A DNA stretch of 64,000 nt from Alphaproteobacteria bacterium (GCA_004293935.1 RDZH01000015.1:6999-70998), one strand, 5' to 3'; counted from the stretch's first letter, positions 1 to 10,594 are shown. Made by a program: numbers and translations. The notes: generated from the sequence alone by a model not told the origin.

Positions 1-2
1 TT

Positions 3-3000
3 GAACAATGGTTGGATGCACATGGTTATCATGGTGCATCTCTTAGAGAGCAAACACAGATATTTCAAGAAGCATTAGAAACATTGCCGTCCTTATCAGA
101 GATTCCCTATATGGGATTTTGGAATGATGCCTCAGCCTATGCCTATCATTTAGATGTGTTATTATCACAAGCGGGAGAACATGCGGCATCGAATCAGTTG
201 CGCATCGCATTTAGGCAGGCAACGCAAGATGCTGGGGTCACTGATTATGTTTATCGATCCGAAGATGAACTGATGGCATCAAAAGTCATCGATATGTCAG
301 TACATGCGCATCCTTTATCCTTGCACGATGATTTTGGCTTTATTGTGCCTGCACGGATGCAATATGATCGTCTGATTGAAGCGAGTAGAGACCCTATAAA
401 AGCAGCCATGAGGAATCGCTTATCCATAGAACAAGCGCAGCAAGAGCCGATAGAACATGTGTTGCAATGGGATGCATCTGAGGATGTGCCTTCTGTGTTA
501 TGCGAGTTTTCTGAATGGTTGCAAAAGCCCAAAAATCAATATAATTTCAATGCGCGGATGCAATGGGAGAAGAAGATCGCAGATGAAATAAGTATTGCAG
601 CAGAAGATGATCCGCAATTCGCTGGGCGTATGGCACATTATGCCTTGACTTCATGCGGTATTGTACAACCTGAGATAGTCCATTCAGTCCTTAAGCATTG
701 GAAGGAGGGCGTGGCTTTAGCACTGGGTACGGAAGCTCATCCTGTTGGGAGCAAAGATGAACTAGGCATTCAGATGGCATCGATTGCAGAGGATCTTTTG
801 CGTCATGTGTCGCGCCCCTTGCTTGCCCCGCATATGATCGCCATGTTAGCGACACTCACCGAAGCGCAACCTGATCATGCCTATATGTTGGAAGAAAAAT
901 TACAGCATCACGCTCAAGGGGATCGTAAGAATAATTTTTATCTGCGTGGTGTCAGTGAGTTGCTAGGGGAGATGCTGGTGACGAGTCCTCAAGCGAGCGT
1001 ACAGATGCTGGGATTATTGATACATCCCACTCCGGGTACGGTGCTTGTGGATGATGTCAAAAACCGATTGCATGATTGTTTTATAGCGGACTTCGAGACA
1101 CGTGCCGAACGGTTGCAAAAACTACAAGAGACGTTTGATATAGTGGATCATATGATCAATCTTGCTGCCTTATTTGCAGGAGAAGATACTATGTCTGCTT
1201 ATCGTACAATGGTTGAACCATTACGTCAAACCATCGACATGGTGAAAGAATTTTCTGAAGATTATCACAAAGCCAATAAGATGCCATGGGAAGATATTAA
1301 AGAATATATCAAATCCTACACAGGAAAAGACATAGATTTTACTTCCTTAGAATCGTTGCTGAATGTGGGCAATGCCATTTTTTGGGATACCGTACCAGAA
1401 ATACGCGGCTTGGTCACAACAGCATTATTATTTGCGGATGGCAGAACTCCAGATGCCATGATGCCGACCATAGATTCAGATGAAGAATCATCGATTTCTA
1501 TCAGAGATTTTATTAAAGAGCGCATTATCCCCGCATCGTTGGATGAACAAACCCGTATGCAAGTGGAAACATTTATGGATCATTATGTCCATCACACCAA
1601 TGCGTATGATGAGATGTCTATTCTTGGATATGCCTTAGCATTATCGAAGCCGATGCAGGAAAGCACGCACGAAGGACGTAGTGAAGAACATCAACAGGGG
1701 GAAATGCTCACGCAGATCTTATCATCTTTTGGTCCATTAGGAGTCAAATTCGCGCAAGCGATTGAAGGAATGCCGCATGTTAGCGATGAATTGCGGGCGG
1801 GAATGTCTAGCAGCAAAGAACGTAGCGTTGATATGCCGCGTTGGGAATATTTCCATAAGATTGAGGATCGCGTTACTCCTGAAGTGTGGGATGATATTAG
1901 CTATTTTGGTTCGGTGCTTGCTGCAGGATCGAATCAATTTACGGGCATCGTAACCTATCAAGGCGAAGAATCAGCCCTGACATGCTTGCATGATGCGGTG
2001 CGTGAACGCGCCAAATTTGAAGCGGAGATGCTACAGGGCGCATTAGGTGCGGTGCATCAAAAATATGATCAAATGGGCAATGATACGACCGCATTACGCT
2101 TAGCAGAAGGGCTTTTGGAGAGATCCTATGATGTGATGAAAACAGAGCATAATTACTCCATAGGCAAATGGCAGGTGCAGAAAGCGCAAAAGATGTATAA
2201 TGATCTTAACGTTACCATTGGTGACATGCCCGTGCATTTTAAGGTGGTTGATTGGAAAACGCATGGCGATGATTTTAAGATTGAAAGCATAGCAGAAGGC
2301 GTATCCTTCAAAAAATTGCTCAATGATGAGAGCTTAGAACAAGATGATATTAAAAAATTGGCAAAAGCCATCATCACGGTTGAGAATCTATGGCTTAGTA
2401 CGGGACAAATGTTTGATAGTGATCGTCATGGAGCTAATGTGAAAGTGCAACCTATCCGCAATGATGCTGGGGAGATGACAGGGTGGCAGGTAAATATTTT
2501 TGATCTTGGGGCATTATTGACGCAGCGTCCAACGCACAAAGCACGCATGGAATTTGGCAAAGCCGTAGGGGAAGCATTGACCAATGCACGATCTGATAAT
2601 CAGCCTTTTGTTCCAGCCCTACGTACCACATTACTTCATTACGCACAAGCCGCAAAAGATCGCGGCGATAGGGAAACTGCAAATTATTTATTTGAAATAC
2701 CCAAAGCGCAATTAGCACAACAAGATTATGTCTCCGTCTTATCATCTGAGGAATCTTCGGCACATTATGCGAAAATGTTTGGGACATTCATGAGTTCAGG
2801 ACGCATGGATCCGTCGATTGTCGCAGGCATCGCCATGACGGGCGGGGGAGTAGTCGTTGATAAAGCTCTGAATGAAATGAATAAAAAGAAAGATAAAATT
2901 GGTTCGCATATTCAAAAAATTCTCTCTAGGCAACGCAATGAGCCTAGTGCGGAGATTATTCCAGCCGACATTGCCGATGCCATCAATATTCAAGGTGGGC

Positions 3001-3038
3001 GTGCGCGACATACGCATTATAGTGCTGCCATGAGATAA
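3..3038 (+). CDS. Large protein with C-terminal UbiB/AarF/ABC1 atypical kinase-like domain (5' truncated by window edge)
   Basis: Frame is open from position 3. Motifs FGPLGVKFAQ (KxGQ-like), LAAGS (A-rich loop), DSDRHGAN (catalytic loop) and IFDLG (DFG-like) occur in ABC1-family order; the N-terminal ~560 aa are unrecognised. Confidence 0.7.
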   Translation, partial: EQWLDAHGYHGASLREQTQIFQEALETLPSLSEIPYMGFWNDASAYAYHLDVLLSQAGEHAASNQLRIAFRQATQDAGVTDYVYRSEDELMASKVIDMSVHAHPLSLHDDFGFIVPARMQYDRLIEASRDPIKAAMRNRLSIEQAQQEPIEHVLQWDASEDVPSVLCEFSEWLQKPKNQYNFNARMQWEKKIADEISIAAEDDPQFAGRMAHYALTSCGIVQPEIVHSVLKHWKEGVALALGTEAHPVGSKDELGIQMASIAEDLLRHVSRPLLAPHMIAMLATLTEAQPDHAYMLEEKLQHHAQGDRKNNFYLRGVSELLGEMLVTSPQASVQMLGLLIHPTPGTVLVDDVKNRLHDCFIADFETRAERLQKLQETFDIVDHMINLAALFAGEDTMSAYRTMVEPLRQTIDMVKEFSEDYHKANKMPWEDIKEYIKSYTGKDIDFTSLESLLNVGNAIFWDTVPEIRGLVTTALLFADGRTPDAMMPTIDSDEESSISIRDFIKERIIPASLDEQTRMQVETFMDHYVHHTNAYDEMSILGYALALSKPMQESTHEGRSEEHQQGEMLTQILSSFGPLGVKFAQAIEGMPHVSDELRAGMSSSKERSVDMPRWEYFHKIEDRVTPEVWDDISYFGSVLAAGSNQFTGIVTYQGEESALTCLHDAVRERAKFEAEMLQGALGAVHQKYDQMGNDTTALRLAEGLLERSYDVMKTEHNYSIGKWQVQKAQKMYNDLNVTIGDMPVHFKVVDWKTHGDDFKIESIAEGVSFKKLLNDESLEQDDIKKLAKAIITVENLWLSTGQMFDSDRHGANVKVQPIRNDAGEMTGWQVNIFDLGALLTQRPTHKARMEFGKAVGEALTNARSDNQPFVPALRTTLLHYAQAAKDRGDRETANYLFEIPKAQLAQQDYVSVLSSEESSAHYAKMFGTFMSSGRMDPSIVAGIAMTGGGVVVDKALNEMNKKKDKIGSHIQKILSRQRNEPSAEIIPADIADAINIQGGRARHTHYSAAMR

Positions 3039-3102
3039 TTAACCTGATTTTCGGATAAGAAAAATGATAAATAGTTGTTTTATAAAAACAAAATACGAAA
3101 CC

Positions 3103-3173
3103 CGTCATGCCTGCGTAGGCAGGCATCCAGAACAACCCATGATCGCTGGACTCCTGCCTTCGCAGGAGTGACG
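3103..3173. repeat. RPE/REP-like palindromic element, copy 1
   Basis: CGTCATGCCTGCGTAGGCAGGCATCCAG..CTGGACTCCTGCCTTCGCAGGAGTGACG; two sub-hairpins inside an outer inverted repeat; 7 related copies in window. Confidence 0.9.
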
Positions 3174-3323
3174 AATAAAATGAGGTATTTTTTAGTCAAA
3201 CGACTATATGCTCGATAGTTTGTAGTTTTTCTGGATTTTTTGTGAAAAGGCTGTATGGTATGCGTCTTTGTACACTGGCTTTCAGATGTATAATCCTTGT
3301 TTTTGGTGTGAGTAAAAATTCTT

Positions 3324-5150
3324 ATGTGTGGTATCGTCGGATTTGTTGGAAAACGTAACGCAACACCTTTATTAATTGAGGGGTTGAAGCGGTTAGAATA
3401 TCGTGGCTATGATTCCGCAGGCGTAGCTGTTTTGAGTGTTTCGGGTATGGCGATTGCCAAAACAAAGGGTAAAGTCAGTGCGCTTGATGCGGAACTTGCC
3501 AATCATCCTATTGAGGGAACGGCGGGTATTGCGCATACACGTTGGGCAACGCATGGCGCACCAGAGCAGCGCAATGCACACCCCCATCGTGTGGGGCAGA
3601 TTGCCTTGGTGCATAATGGTATTATCGAAAATTACGCCGCTCTAAAAATGGAAATGATTGAGCGCGGTGCGAGCTTTTTAAGCGATACAGATACAGAAGT
3701 GATGAGCCAATGGCTGCATGATCGTTGTGCGCAAGGGGTTTCTTTTGCAGAAGCATTTGGGATGATGTTGCCTTTATTGCACGGGGCTTATGCGATTGTT
3801 GCGCTGCATGAAGATGAACCTGATACGCTGTATGTAGCGCGTAAAGGTTCACCGATGGTGGTGGGAACGAACGATGCGCAGGAATGTTGGGTAGGTTCGG
3901 ATATGCTGGCATTGGCAGGATATGCAACGCAAGGTTATTATCTTGCGGATGGGGAATATGCCATTTTGCAACCATCGACTATGCGGTTTTTTGCAGCAGA
4001 TCACACGCCGATACAGGTGACGATGCAATCGATGAATGTCGGTGCTGAGATTCATGATAAGCAGGGATTTGCACATTTTATGCTTAAAGAAATTCATGAG
4101 CAACCTGATGTGATCCGTAAGACGCTTAGCCATTATTATGATCATGAGACCCAATCTGTGCATTTTGAGGGCTTAACATTAGACCCCACTACGATCTCCT
4201 CAATCACCATGGTCGCGTGTGGTACGTCTTTTTATGCGGCGCAAGTTGCAAGCTATTGGTTTGAGCAGATAACCCATATTCCTGTACGTATTGATATTGC
4301 CTCTGAATATCGCTATCGTCACCCGATTGTGCCGAAAGATTCAGCAGCATTATTTATTTCGCAATCAGGAGAAACCGCAGATACGCTTGCAGCCATGCGT
4401 TATGCCAAAGAGCATGGCGCACATACGATTGCGTTGGTGAATGTGCCGACAAGTACCATGGCGCGTGAAGCGGATAGTGTGATTCGCACCTTAGCAGGGG
4501 CTGAAATTGGGGTGGCATCAACCAAGGCATTTGTTGCGCAACTAACAACATTAGCCGCATTGGTGCTGTATTTTGGAGGAGCGCGCTCTACGCTTTCATC
4601 GGAGGAAACGGCGCATTTAATGCATCATCTTTCTGGAGTGGCTGAACAAACGCAGCAAGTATTGGATGAGAAAATGCATTATGATCGCTTGGCGTTAGCG
4701 TTGATGTATGCCCGTGATATGCTGTTTATTGGGCGTGGCACAAGTTATCCGCTTGCCAATGAAGGGGCTTTGAAAATGAAGGAGCTTTCTTATATTCATG
4801 CGGAAGGTTATGCCGCAGGGGAACTCAAGCATGGACCGATTGCGTTGGTGGATGATGGCGTGCCGATCATCGTCATTGCCCCCGATGATGCGTTGTTTGA
4901 TAAATCTGCATCGAATCTTGAAGAAACCGCAGCACGCAAAGGCAATATTGTGCTTATCAGCAGCAAAGAGCGTGTGGCAAATTTTCATGGTAATGTAACA
5001 CATAGTGTGGCTGTGCCAGCGTGCCATCCATTCGTTGCGCCGATTCTTTATGCTGTGCCGTTGCAATTACTTTCCTATTATGTCGCGTTGCATAAGGGGG
5101 CGGATATTGATCAGCCACGTAATTTAGCAAAATCTGTGACGGTGGAGTGA
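3324..5150 (+). CDS. glmS: Glutamine--fructose-6-phosphate aminotransferase
   Basis: MCGIVG start, HTRWATHG, SQSGETADT, C-terminal PRNLAKSVTVE. Confidence 0.98.
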   Translation: MCGIVGFVGKRNATPLLIEGLKRLEYRGYDSAGVAVLSVSGMAIAKTKGKVSALDAELANHPIEGTAGIAHTRWATHGAPEQRNAHPHRVGQIALVHNGIIENYAALKMEMIERGASFLSDTDTEVMSQWLHDRCAQGVSFAEAFGMMLPLLHGAYAIVALHEDEPDTLYVARKGSPMVVGTNDAQECWVGSDMLALAGYATQGYYLADGEYAILQPSTMRFFAADHTPIQVTMQSMNVGAEIHDKQGFAHFMLKEIHEQPDVIRKTLSHYYDHETQSVHFEGLTLDPTTISSITMVACGTSFYAAQVASYWFEQITHIPVRIDIASEYRYRHPIVPKDSAALFISQSGETADTLAAMRYAKEHGAHTIALVNVPTSTMAREADSVIRTLAGAEIGVASTKAFVAQLTTLAALVLYFGGARSTLSSEETAHLMHHLSGVAEQTQQVLDEKMHYDRLALALMYARDMLFIGRGTSYPLANEGALKMKELSYIHAEGYAAGELKHGPIALVDDGVPIIVIAPDDALFDKSASNLEETAARKGNIVLISSKERVANFHGNVTHSVAVPACHPFVAPILYAVPLQLLSYYVALHKGADIDQPRNLAKSVTVE

Positions 5151-5899
5151 GTACCGCATTCCATGCATTCAGGATCGCGCAAGATGTGGCTACGCTTCCA
5201 TATGCCCGATAGCCCATCATAGCGGTGCAAGATTCCAATCTCATGAGGGGTGATCTGGAGTAATGTTTTGATTGCTTCAACTGCCATCATCGTACCAATT
5301 ACTCCGACGACTGCCCCAAGAACACCGCGTGTTTGACAATCTTGTTCATGTTCACGCGGAGGATGAGGTACAAAGCATTGATAGCAGGGTGCATCTGCAT
5401 GAGCGGGGTTGAAGCGGGTGATGTATCCTTCCATACCGCGCACCGCACCATGTATCCATGGCATCTGATGGCGACAACATGCATGATTGATGATGTAGCG
5501 TGTCGCAAAACTATCTGTGCCGTCTATCACTAAATCATAGTTCGGAAGGAGTTCATCTGCTGCATGTGCATCAAAGATGCGTTTATAGGGATGTACCGTA
5601 CAATCAGGGTTAAGCTCGGTGATGCGATCTTCAGCACTGAACACTTTAGCGCGCCCAATATCCGCTGTTTCATGCAAAATCTGACGATTTAAGTTGGAAC
5701 GTTCCACCACATCATCATCCATCACCCCCAATGTACCCACGCCACAAGCAGCGAGGTAGGTGAGTACGGGCGAGCCAAGCCCCCCCGCACCAATGACGAG
5801 TACGCGGGATGCGAGTAAACGCTCTTGCCCAGCGCGTCCTATCTGTGGCATGATGAGGTGACGCGCATAACGTCGTTCTTGATCGTGGGTAAGGGGCAT
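5111..5899 (-). CDS. moeB: HesA/MoeB/ThiF family adenylyltransferase
   Basis: RYARH, GAGGLG, DVVERSNLNRQ, PCYQC, RDPECMEC; 3' end overlaps glmS by 40 bp. Confidence 0.88.
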   Translation of the reverse strand: MPLTHDQERRYARHLIMPQIGRAGQERLLASRVLVIGAGGLGSPVLTYLAACGVGTLGVMDDDVVERSNLNRQILHETADIGRAKVFSAEDRITELNPDCTVHPYKRIFDAHAADELLPNYDLVIDGTDSFATRYIINHACCRHQMPWIHGAVRGMEGYITRFNPAHADAPCYQCFVPHPPREHEQDCQTRGVLGAVVGVIGTMMAVEAIKTLLQITPHEIGILHRYDGLSGIWKRSHILRDPECMECGTHSTVTDFAKLRG

Positions 5900-5902
5900 A
5901 GG

Positions 5903-6868
5903 TTAGAACGGTGCGAATAAATCCGTGGAGATGTAGCGTTCTGCAATGGAAGCGACAATGACCACCAATGTTTTTCCTGCCATTTCTTTGCGTGCGGCAA
6001 TGTGGAGTGCCGCAGCGAGAGTCGCGCCAGAAGAAATACCCGCAGGGATGCCTTCCAATACCGCAGCACTACGCGCAATGTCAAAAGCCTCTTGATTACT
6101 GATACGCATAATTTCATCAATCATGGTTCTATCTAAAACATCGGGGATAAATCCCGCACCAATTCCTTGTATTTTATGCGCACCCGCAACACCACCCGAC
6201 AAAACAGGGCTATCTTCAGGCTCAACGGCAAAGATTTTTACCTTCGGATTATGCTGTTTTAAGAATGTACCCACGCCTGTAATCGTGCCACCTGTTCCCA
6301 CACCACTGATAAAACCATCGACAACACCCCCCGTATCGCGCCAGATTTCTTCAGCGGTAGAACGAATATGCGCCGCAGGGTTGGCGGGGTTTTGGAATTG
6401 TTGTAGCATAATAGCATTGGGATTATTCTCTACAATTTCACTAGCTTTTTCAATCGCACCACGCATTCCCTTGGCAGCGGGGGTGAGTTCCAGCGATGCA
6501 CCAAGAAATTTCAACATCTTACGACGCTCAAGCGACATGCTTTCGGGCATTGTTAAAATGAGTTTATAGCCCTTTGATGCACAGACAAAAGCAAGTGCAA
6601 TGCCCGTATTGCCCGATGTTGGTTCAACAATGATCGTATCCGCTTTCAACTTCCCCGATGCTTCAGCCTCCTCAATCATCGAAAGGGCAATACGATCTTT
6701 TACGGATGAAAGCGGATTGAAAAACTCCAATTTAGCAAGGATGGTAGCCTTAGCGTGATGCTGCTCTGCCAGTCGGTTCAAGCGCACCAGCGGCGTATTA
6801 CCAATCGTTTGTGTGATATTATCATAGATGCGCCCACGTAGAGCTGCTTCATTGTGCGATGATGTCAT
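5903..6868 (-). CDS. cysK: Cysteine synthase A
   Basis: [18 protein letters not shown] (PLP Lys), [25 protein letters not shown]. Confidence 0.96.
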   Translation of the reverse strand: MTSSHNEAALRGRIYDNITQTIGNTPLVRLNRLAEQHHAKATILAKLEFFNPLSSVKDRIALSMIEEAEASGKLKADTIIVEPTSGNTGIALAFVCASKGYKLILTMPESMSLERRKMLKFLGASLELTPAAKGMRGAIEKASEIVENNPNAIMLQQFQNPANPAAHIRSTAEEIWRDTGGVVDGFISGVGTGGTITGVGTFLKQHNPKVKIFAVEPEDSPVLSGGVAGAHKIQGIGAGFIPDVLDRTMIDEIMRISNQEAFDIARSAAVLEGIPAGISSGATLAAALHIAARKEMAGKTLVVIVASIAERYISTDLFAPF

Positions 6869-7587
6869 AAACTGCTCCCTTGCAGTGATGTAATGTGAAA
6901 ATAATCCAGAATAAGCTGAGCAAGATGCGCAGCAGATGCAGTATTTTGCCCCGTAATGAGGTTGTGATCAGCGAGTGCAAGCGGTGAAAAAGCGGGGGCT
7001 TTGCAATGGGTTGCACCAAGGTCTTTCATTTGATGTTCCAGTACATAAGGTATTTTACTGACACGTTGGCGGATTTCTTCTTCCTCAAAAGTAGGTGCGC
7101 ATACGGTGCGCCCTTTCAGTGCGTATGAGCCATCAGTAGCACGCACATCCATCAATGCTGCTGTTCCATGTGATAATGCAGCAACCATACGCCCATCACT
7201 AAGCATGTGCGAAATGATTAGGGCAAGAAAACTATTATGCGAAAAATCCCACAATGCGCCATATCCTCCAACCAGCACCATACCATCATAATGCGTGCGT
7301 TGCACCTTTGCGAGCGGTATAGAATCATGTAATCGCTTCATTGCCCCTTTACTTGCACAGAAGCGTTGCACGGCTGCATCAAACATCATAGGATCAACAT
7401 CGCGCACCGTACACGGGGTTGGATCAATCGGGATCACGCCTCCTTTCGGAGAGGCAATATCAAGCGAAAAACCAGCGCGTGCAAAAATCATGTAGGGAAC
7501 GGAAAGTTCTGCAAGAAAGAGTCCTGCATCATCCCCATGTACACCAAGTTCGCCGTGAGAAGTAACAATAAAAAGTAGGTTGACCAT
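6865..7587 (-). CDS. DJ-1/PfpI (type 1 glutamine amidotransferase-like) protein, nucleophile Cys replaced by Ser
   Basis: [45 protein letters not shown]. Confidence 0.85.
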   Translation of the reverse strand: MVNLLFIVTSHGELGVHGDDAGLFLAELSVPYMIFARAGFSLDIASPKGGVIPIDPTPCTVRDVDPMMFDAAVQRFCASKGAMKRLHDSIPLAKVQRTHYDGMVLVGGYGALWDFSHNSFLALIISHMLSDGRMVAALSHGTAALMDVRATDGSYALKGRTVCAPTFEEEEIRQRVSKIPYVLEHQMKDLGATHCKAPAFSPLALADHNLITGQNTASAAHLAQLILDYFHITSLQGSSL

Positions 7588-7611
7588 GAAAATTATATGC
7601 CAAGGAGTGAA

Positions 7612-8079
7612 TTAAATAGAAAAATCATAACGTACCATTTCATGATCCTGCACCAAAAAGGTGGATTTTAGATCCGCTTCTTGCACCATGGCACAAATAT
7701 CTTCCAAGGTATAACGCCCTAATTCATGAATATACGCACCTCGAGCATGAGCAAAAAGCGGTTGCACTAAGGTTTCATTAGCATGGGAAAAACGTGGGGG
7801 AGTATCACGATCAGAGCGGATATATTCCATTGCTAAGAGTACCTCATCAAGGCTGATTTGACGACGTTCGCGTGCCAAGGTATAGCCACCTCGTGGACCG
7901 CGAGTGCTTCGTAAAATCTGTGCGCGCACTAATGCTTGCAGCAAAGGCTCAAGATAACGTGGTGCAACGTGCAGAATGGTTGCGAGTTTTTTGCCACCCA
8001 ACGGGTGCGCATCTCCATTATAGGCGATGAAAATCAATGCTTCCACAAGGACGTATAATTTATGGGAAATGCCTAACAT
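7612..8079 (-). CDS. Rrf2 family transcriptional regulator (no Fe-S Cys triad; CymR-like)
   Basis: RYLEPLLQAL..A.ILRSTRGPRGGY.LAR winged helix; start reassigned to ATG at 8079 to avoid dut overlap. Confidence 0.88.
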   Translation of the reverse strand: MLGISHKLYVLVEALIFIAYNGDAHPLGGKKLATILHVAPRYLEPLLQALVRAQILRSTRGPRGGYTLARERRQISLDEVLLAMEYIRSDRDTPPRFSHANETLVQPLFAHARGAYIHELGRYTLEDICAMVQEADLKSTFLVQDHEMVRYDFSI

Positions 8080-8093
8080 CGATGCTGCGCTCC

Positions 8094-8549
8094 TTAAGAT
8101 GCATTCTTTATGCCCGTTGATCCAAAGCCACCCGTGCCACGCGCTGTTGCATCGAGTGCATCCACCTGTTGCCATTCCACACGGCTATAACGCGCAATCA
8201 CCATTTGCGCAATACGCATACCGCGTTCGATGAGGACACTGTCTTTGCCGTGATTAATAAGAATCACACCAATTTCACCGCGATAATCCGCATCAATCGT
8301 ACCGGGACTATTGAGTGTGGTAATGCCGTGTTTCAGTGCAAGCCCTGATCGGGGGCGCACTTGTGCCTCATATCCTTCGGGCAGTGCAATGGCGATGCCC
8401 GTGGGGATAAGCGCACGTTCACCATGCTGTAAGCTAAGAGGTTGCGCAATCGCTGCAAGCAAATCCATCCCTGCACTATGCTCGGTGGCGTATGCGGGTA
8501 GCGGAAGGTCCTGTGCGTGGGGAAGTTGAGTGATGGCAACGTGAATCAT
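8094..8549 (-). CDS. dut: dUTP diphosphatase
   Basis: [34 protein letters not shown]. Confidence 0.97.
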   Translation of the reverse strand: MIHVAITQLPHAQDLPLPAYATEHSAGMDLLAAIAQPLSLQHGERALIPTGIAIALPEGYEAQVRPRSGLALKHGITTLNSPGTIDADYRGEIGVILINHGKDSVLIERGMRIAQMVIARYSRVEWQQVDALDATARGTGGFGSTGIKNAS

Positions 8550-8558
8550 AGGATCTCC

Positions 8559-9764
8559 TTAAAAATGAACTATGCGATCAGCAAGACGATGAGCGACTTC
8601 TTCTTTGCTGCATGATTCCCAACTTTCTGTGCTGCTAGCATCGAGGATATGTACTGTGGTGGTATCTTCATTAAATATAGCACCCCCCAACACATTATTG
8701 GCGATGATCCAATCGCATTGTTTGCTGAGGCGTTTTGCATGGGCATGTTCAAGCAAATGCTGAGTTTCTGCTGCAAAACCAATCACAAGGCGAGGGCGAT
8801 GTGTAGGGTGCTGTGCGATGGTTGCTAAAATATCATCGGTTGGGGTAAGGTGAAGATGCCAACCATCCTGCGTGCTTACTTTTTTCATTTTATGTTCAAG
8901 CGGTTGCGCGTACTTCCAATCGGCAACGGCAGCCACGGCAATGAATCCATCGGCAGGCAGTGCTGCTTGTGCCGCGAGGAGCATGGCAGCGTTGGTGGGG
9001 GTATGGTGGCAGGTGATGCCATAGGGGAGGGGAATATCGACACGACCATGCAGCAAGATAACCTCCGCACCACGGTCACGTAGGGCGTGCGCAATCGCAA
9101 TACCTTGTTTGCCTGAAGAATGATTTGAGATAAACCGCACTGGGTCAAGCATTTCATGGGTTGCCCCTGCTGTCACAATAAACCGTTTTCCGCGTAATGG
9201 TTGGGTAGGATGCTTCGCTAATGCGAGAACACGCTGAGTGATTTCTTGCGGATCGGCTAATCGCCCAATACCTTCTTCACCACACGCCATCACGCCATTT
9301 GAGGGTGCGATGATATGTACGCCATCGCTACGAATCTGCGCAAGATTGCGCTGCGTGGCGGGATGATGCCACATATGCGGATTCATGGCAGGTGCAACGC
9401 ATAGGGGAATCGAATTGCCTGCTGCAAGATAGATCGCCCCTGCTAAATCATCGGCATATCCTGTTGCCATGCGCGCAATACGATCCGCACTGGCAGGGGC
9501 AAAGACGATCACATCCGCTTCACGGGCAAGACGAATATGCCCCATTTCGGTTTCATCTTTTAAGGAAAACATATCCTCATAAACAGGCTGTTCACTGAGT
9601 GCAGCAAGGCTTAAGGGGGTGACAAATTGCGCACCTGACGGCGTTAAGACGCAACGCACCATAGCCCCTTGCGCACGCCATAAGCGTATCATATCCAAAG
9701 ATTTATAGGCTGCAATAGAGCCACTTATGATAAGGAGAATATGAGGTTGATGCAGTGGTTTCAT
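8559..9764 (-). CDS. coaBC: Bifunctional phosphopantothenoylcysteine decarboxylase/ligase
   Basis: SGSIAAYK, GHIRLAR, APAMNPHM, ACGEEGIGRL, DPVRFISNHSSGKQG, GFAAET; start likely ATG 9764. Confidence 0.95.
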   Translation of the reverse strand: MKPLHQPHILLIISGSIAAYKSLDMIRLWRAQGAMVRCVLTPSGAQFVTPLSLAALSEQPVYEDMFSLKDETEMGHIRLAREADVIVFAPASADRIARMATGYADDLAGAIYLAAGNSIPLCVAPAMNPHMWHHPATQRNLAQIRSDGVHIIAPSNGVMACGEEGIGRLADPQEITQRVLALAKHPTQPLRGKRFIVTAGATHEMLDPVRFISNHSSGKQGIAIAHALRDRGAEVILLHGRVDIPLPYGITCHHTPTNAAMLLAAQAALPADGFIAVAAVADWKYAQPLEHKMKKVSTQDGWHLHLTPTDDILATIAQHPTHRPRLVIGFAAETQHLLEHAHAKRLSKQCDWIIANNVLGGAIFNEDTTTVHILDASSTESWESCSKEEVAHRLADRIVHF

Positions 9765-9911
9765 AAGAGGCTTTATATTAGCGCATAATGCACATAATAC
9801 AAGCCTAAAAATACACATAAACAACGTGAAATACCAACAACGTGAAATAATGTGCGGTGCGCAACATGCGTTTGTCATACGTATCATAAAGATACGCATG
9901 ACAAAGCAGCG

Positions 9912-10325
9912 TTAGTTGTTTTCGATGAGCAAATTAAAAACTCTCAGGTGATATTTACTAAGAGATCCTATCCGATCATTGTGTTGCTTGGCGCGATTCG
10001 CCCAAATAACCCTGAGATGTTCGACATCAGTAAATTCCCACAATATTGCATTTGTGAGTGCAATTAATGGGAGAAGATGTTGACATAGAGTGAAATCGTC
10101 AAGGATCATCCAATAGACTTCGTCTAATAGTAATGCACATTTCTCGGCATCATTATCTTCCGTAAAACATTTGCTTGCGGAAGCAACCGTTTCTTCAATG
10201 GCTTTCGCGCCATGTGTTCCAACGACTAGATCAGAAAGCAATGCGTCAATCAGGTTGGTGCGTTTCATAGAGTGGTTGGCAATGAAGATTGCCATAGATA
10301 GAAGTAAGGCTTGATTATCGCACAT
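9912..10325 (-). CDS. Hypothetical protein (possibly 5'-disrupted by adjacent MITE)
   Basis: 137-aa ORF filling an intergenic gap; no recognisable motif; frame stays open upstream into the element terminus. Confidence 0.4.
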   Translation of the reverse strand: MCDNQALLLSMAIFIANHSMKRTNLIDALLSDLVVGTHGAKAIEETVASASKCFTEDNDAEKCALLLDEVYWMILDDFTLCQHLLPLIALTNAILWEFTDVEHLRVIWANRAKQHNDRIGSLSKYHLRVFNLLIENN

Positions 10326-10347
10326 TTTCTGAGGTTTGTCTATAGCA

Positions 10348-10594
10348 TAACCTCAGTTTTGGATAAGAAAAAATCATAAACAGTTGTTTTGTATAAATAA
10401 AGTCTAAAACTCGTCATGCCTGCGTAGGCAGGCATCCAGAATAATCCATGATCGCTGGACTCCTGCTTTCGCAGGAGTGACGAGGGTAAGAAAAAAAACA
10501 CTATAGCGCGTAGCGATAGGTTCTTTAACTAACCTACTGAAACGTGCTATAGTAAACATATGGATAGGTTATACTTTATCCAAAACTTAGGTTA
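10348..10594. mobile_element. Non-autonomous MITE-like element with 19-bp terminal inverted repeats, containing RPE copy 2
   Basis: TAACCTCAGTTTTGGATAA (10348-10366) vs reverse complement of 10576-10594 TAACCTAAGTTTTGGATAA (18/19); TA at both outer ends; no transposase. Confidence 0.75.
10411..10483. repeat. RPE/REP-like palindromic element, copy 2
   Basis: Nearly identical to copy 1 including the loop CCATGATCG. Confidence 0.9.

Noticed and set aside
3231-3246. CTGGA-N6-GTGAA upstream of glmS, similar to the 28525 motif
   Set aside because: One half-site is poor and the context is AT-rich; may be chance, and it cautions against over-reading the weaker Pho-box-like hits.
5111-5150. Convergent 3' overlaps (glmS/moeB 40 bp; putA/orphan 27 bp at 30446-30472)
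   Set aside because: Short tail overlaps are common in compact genomes; no evidence of function.
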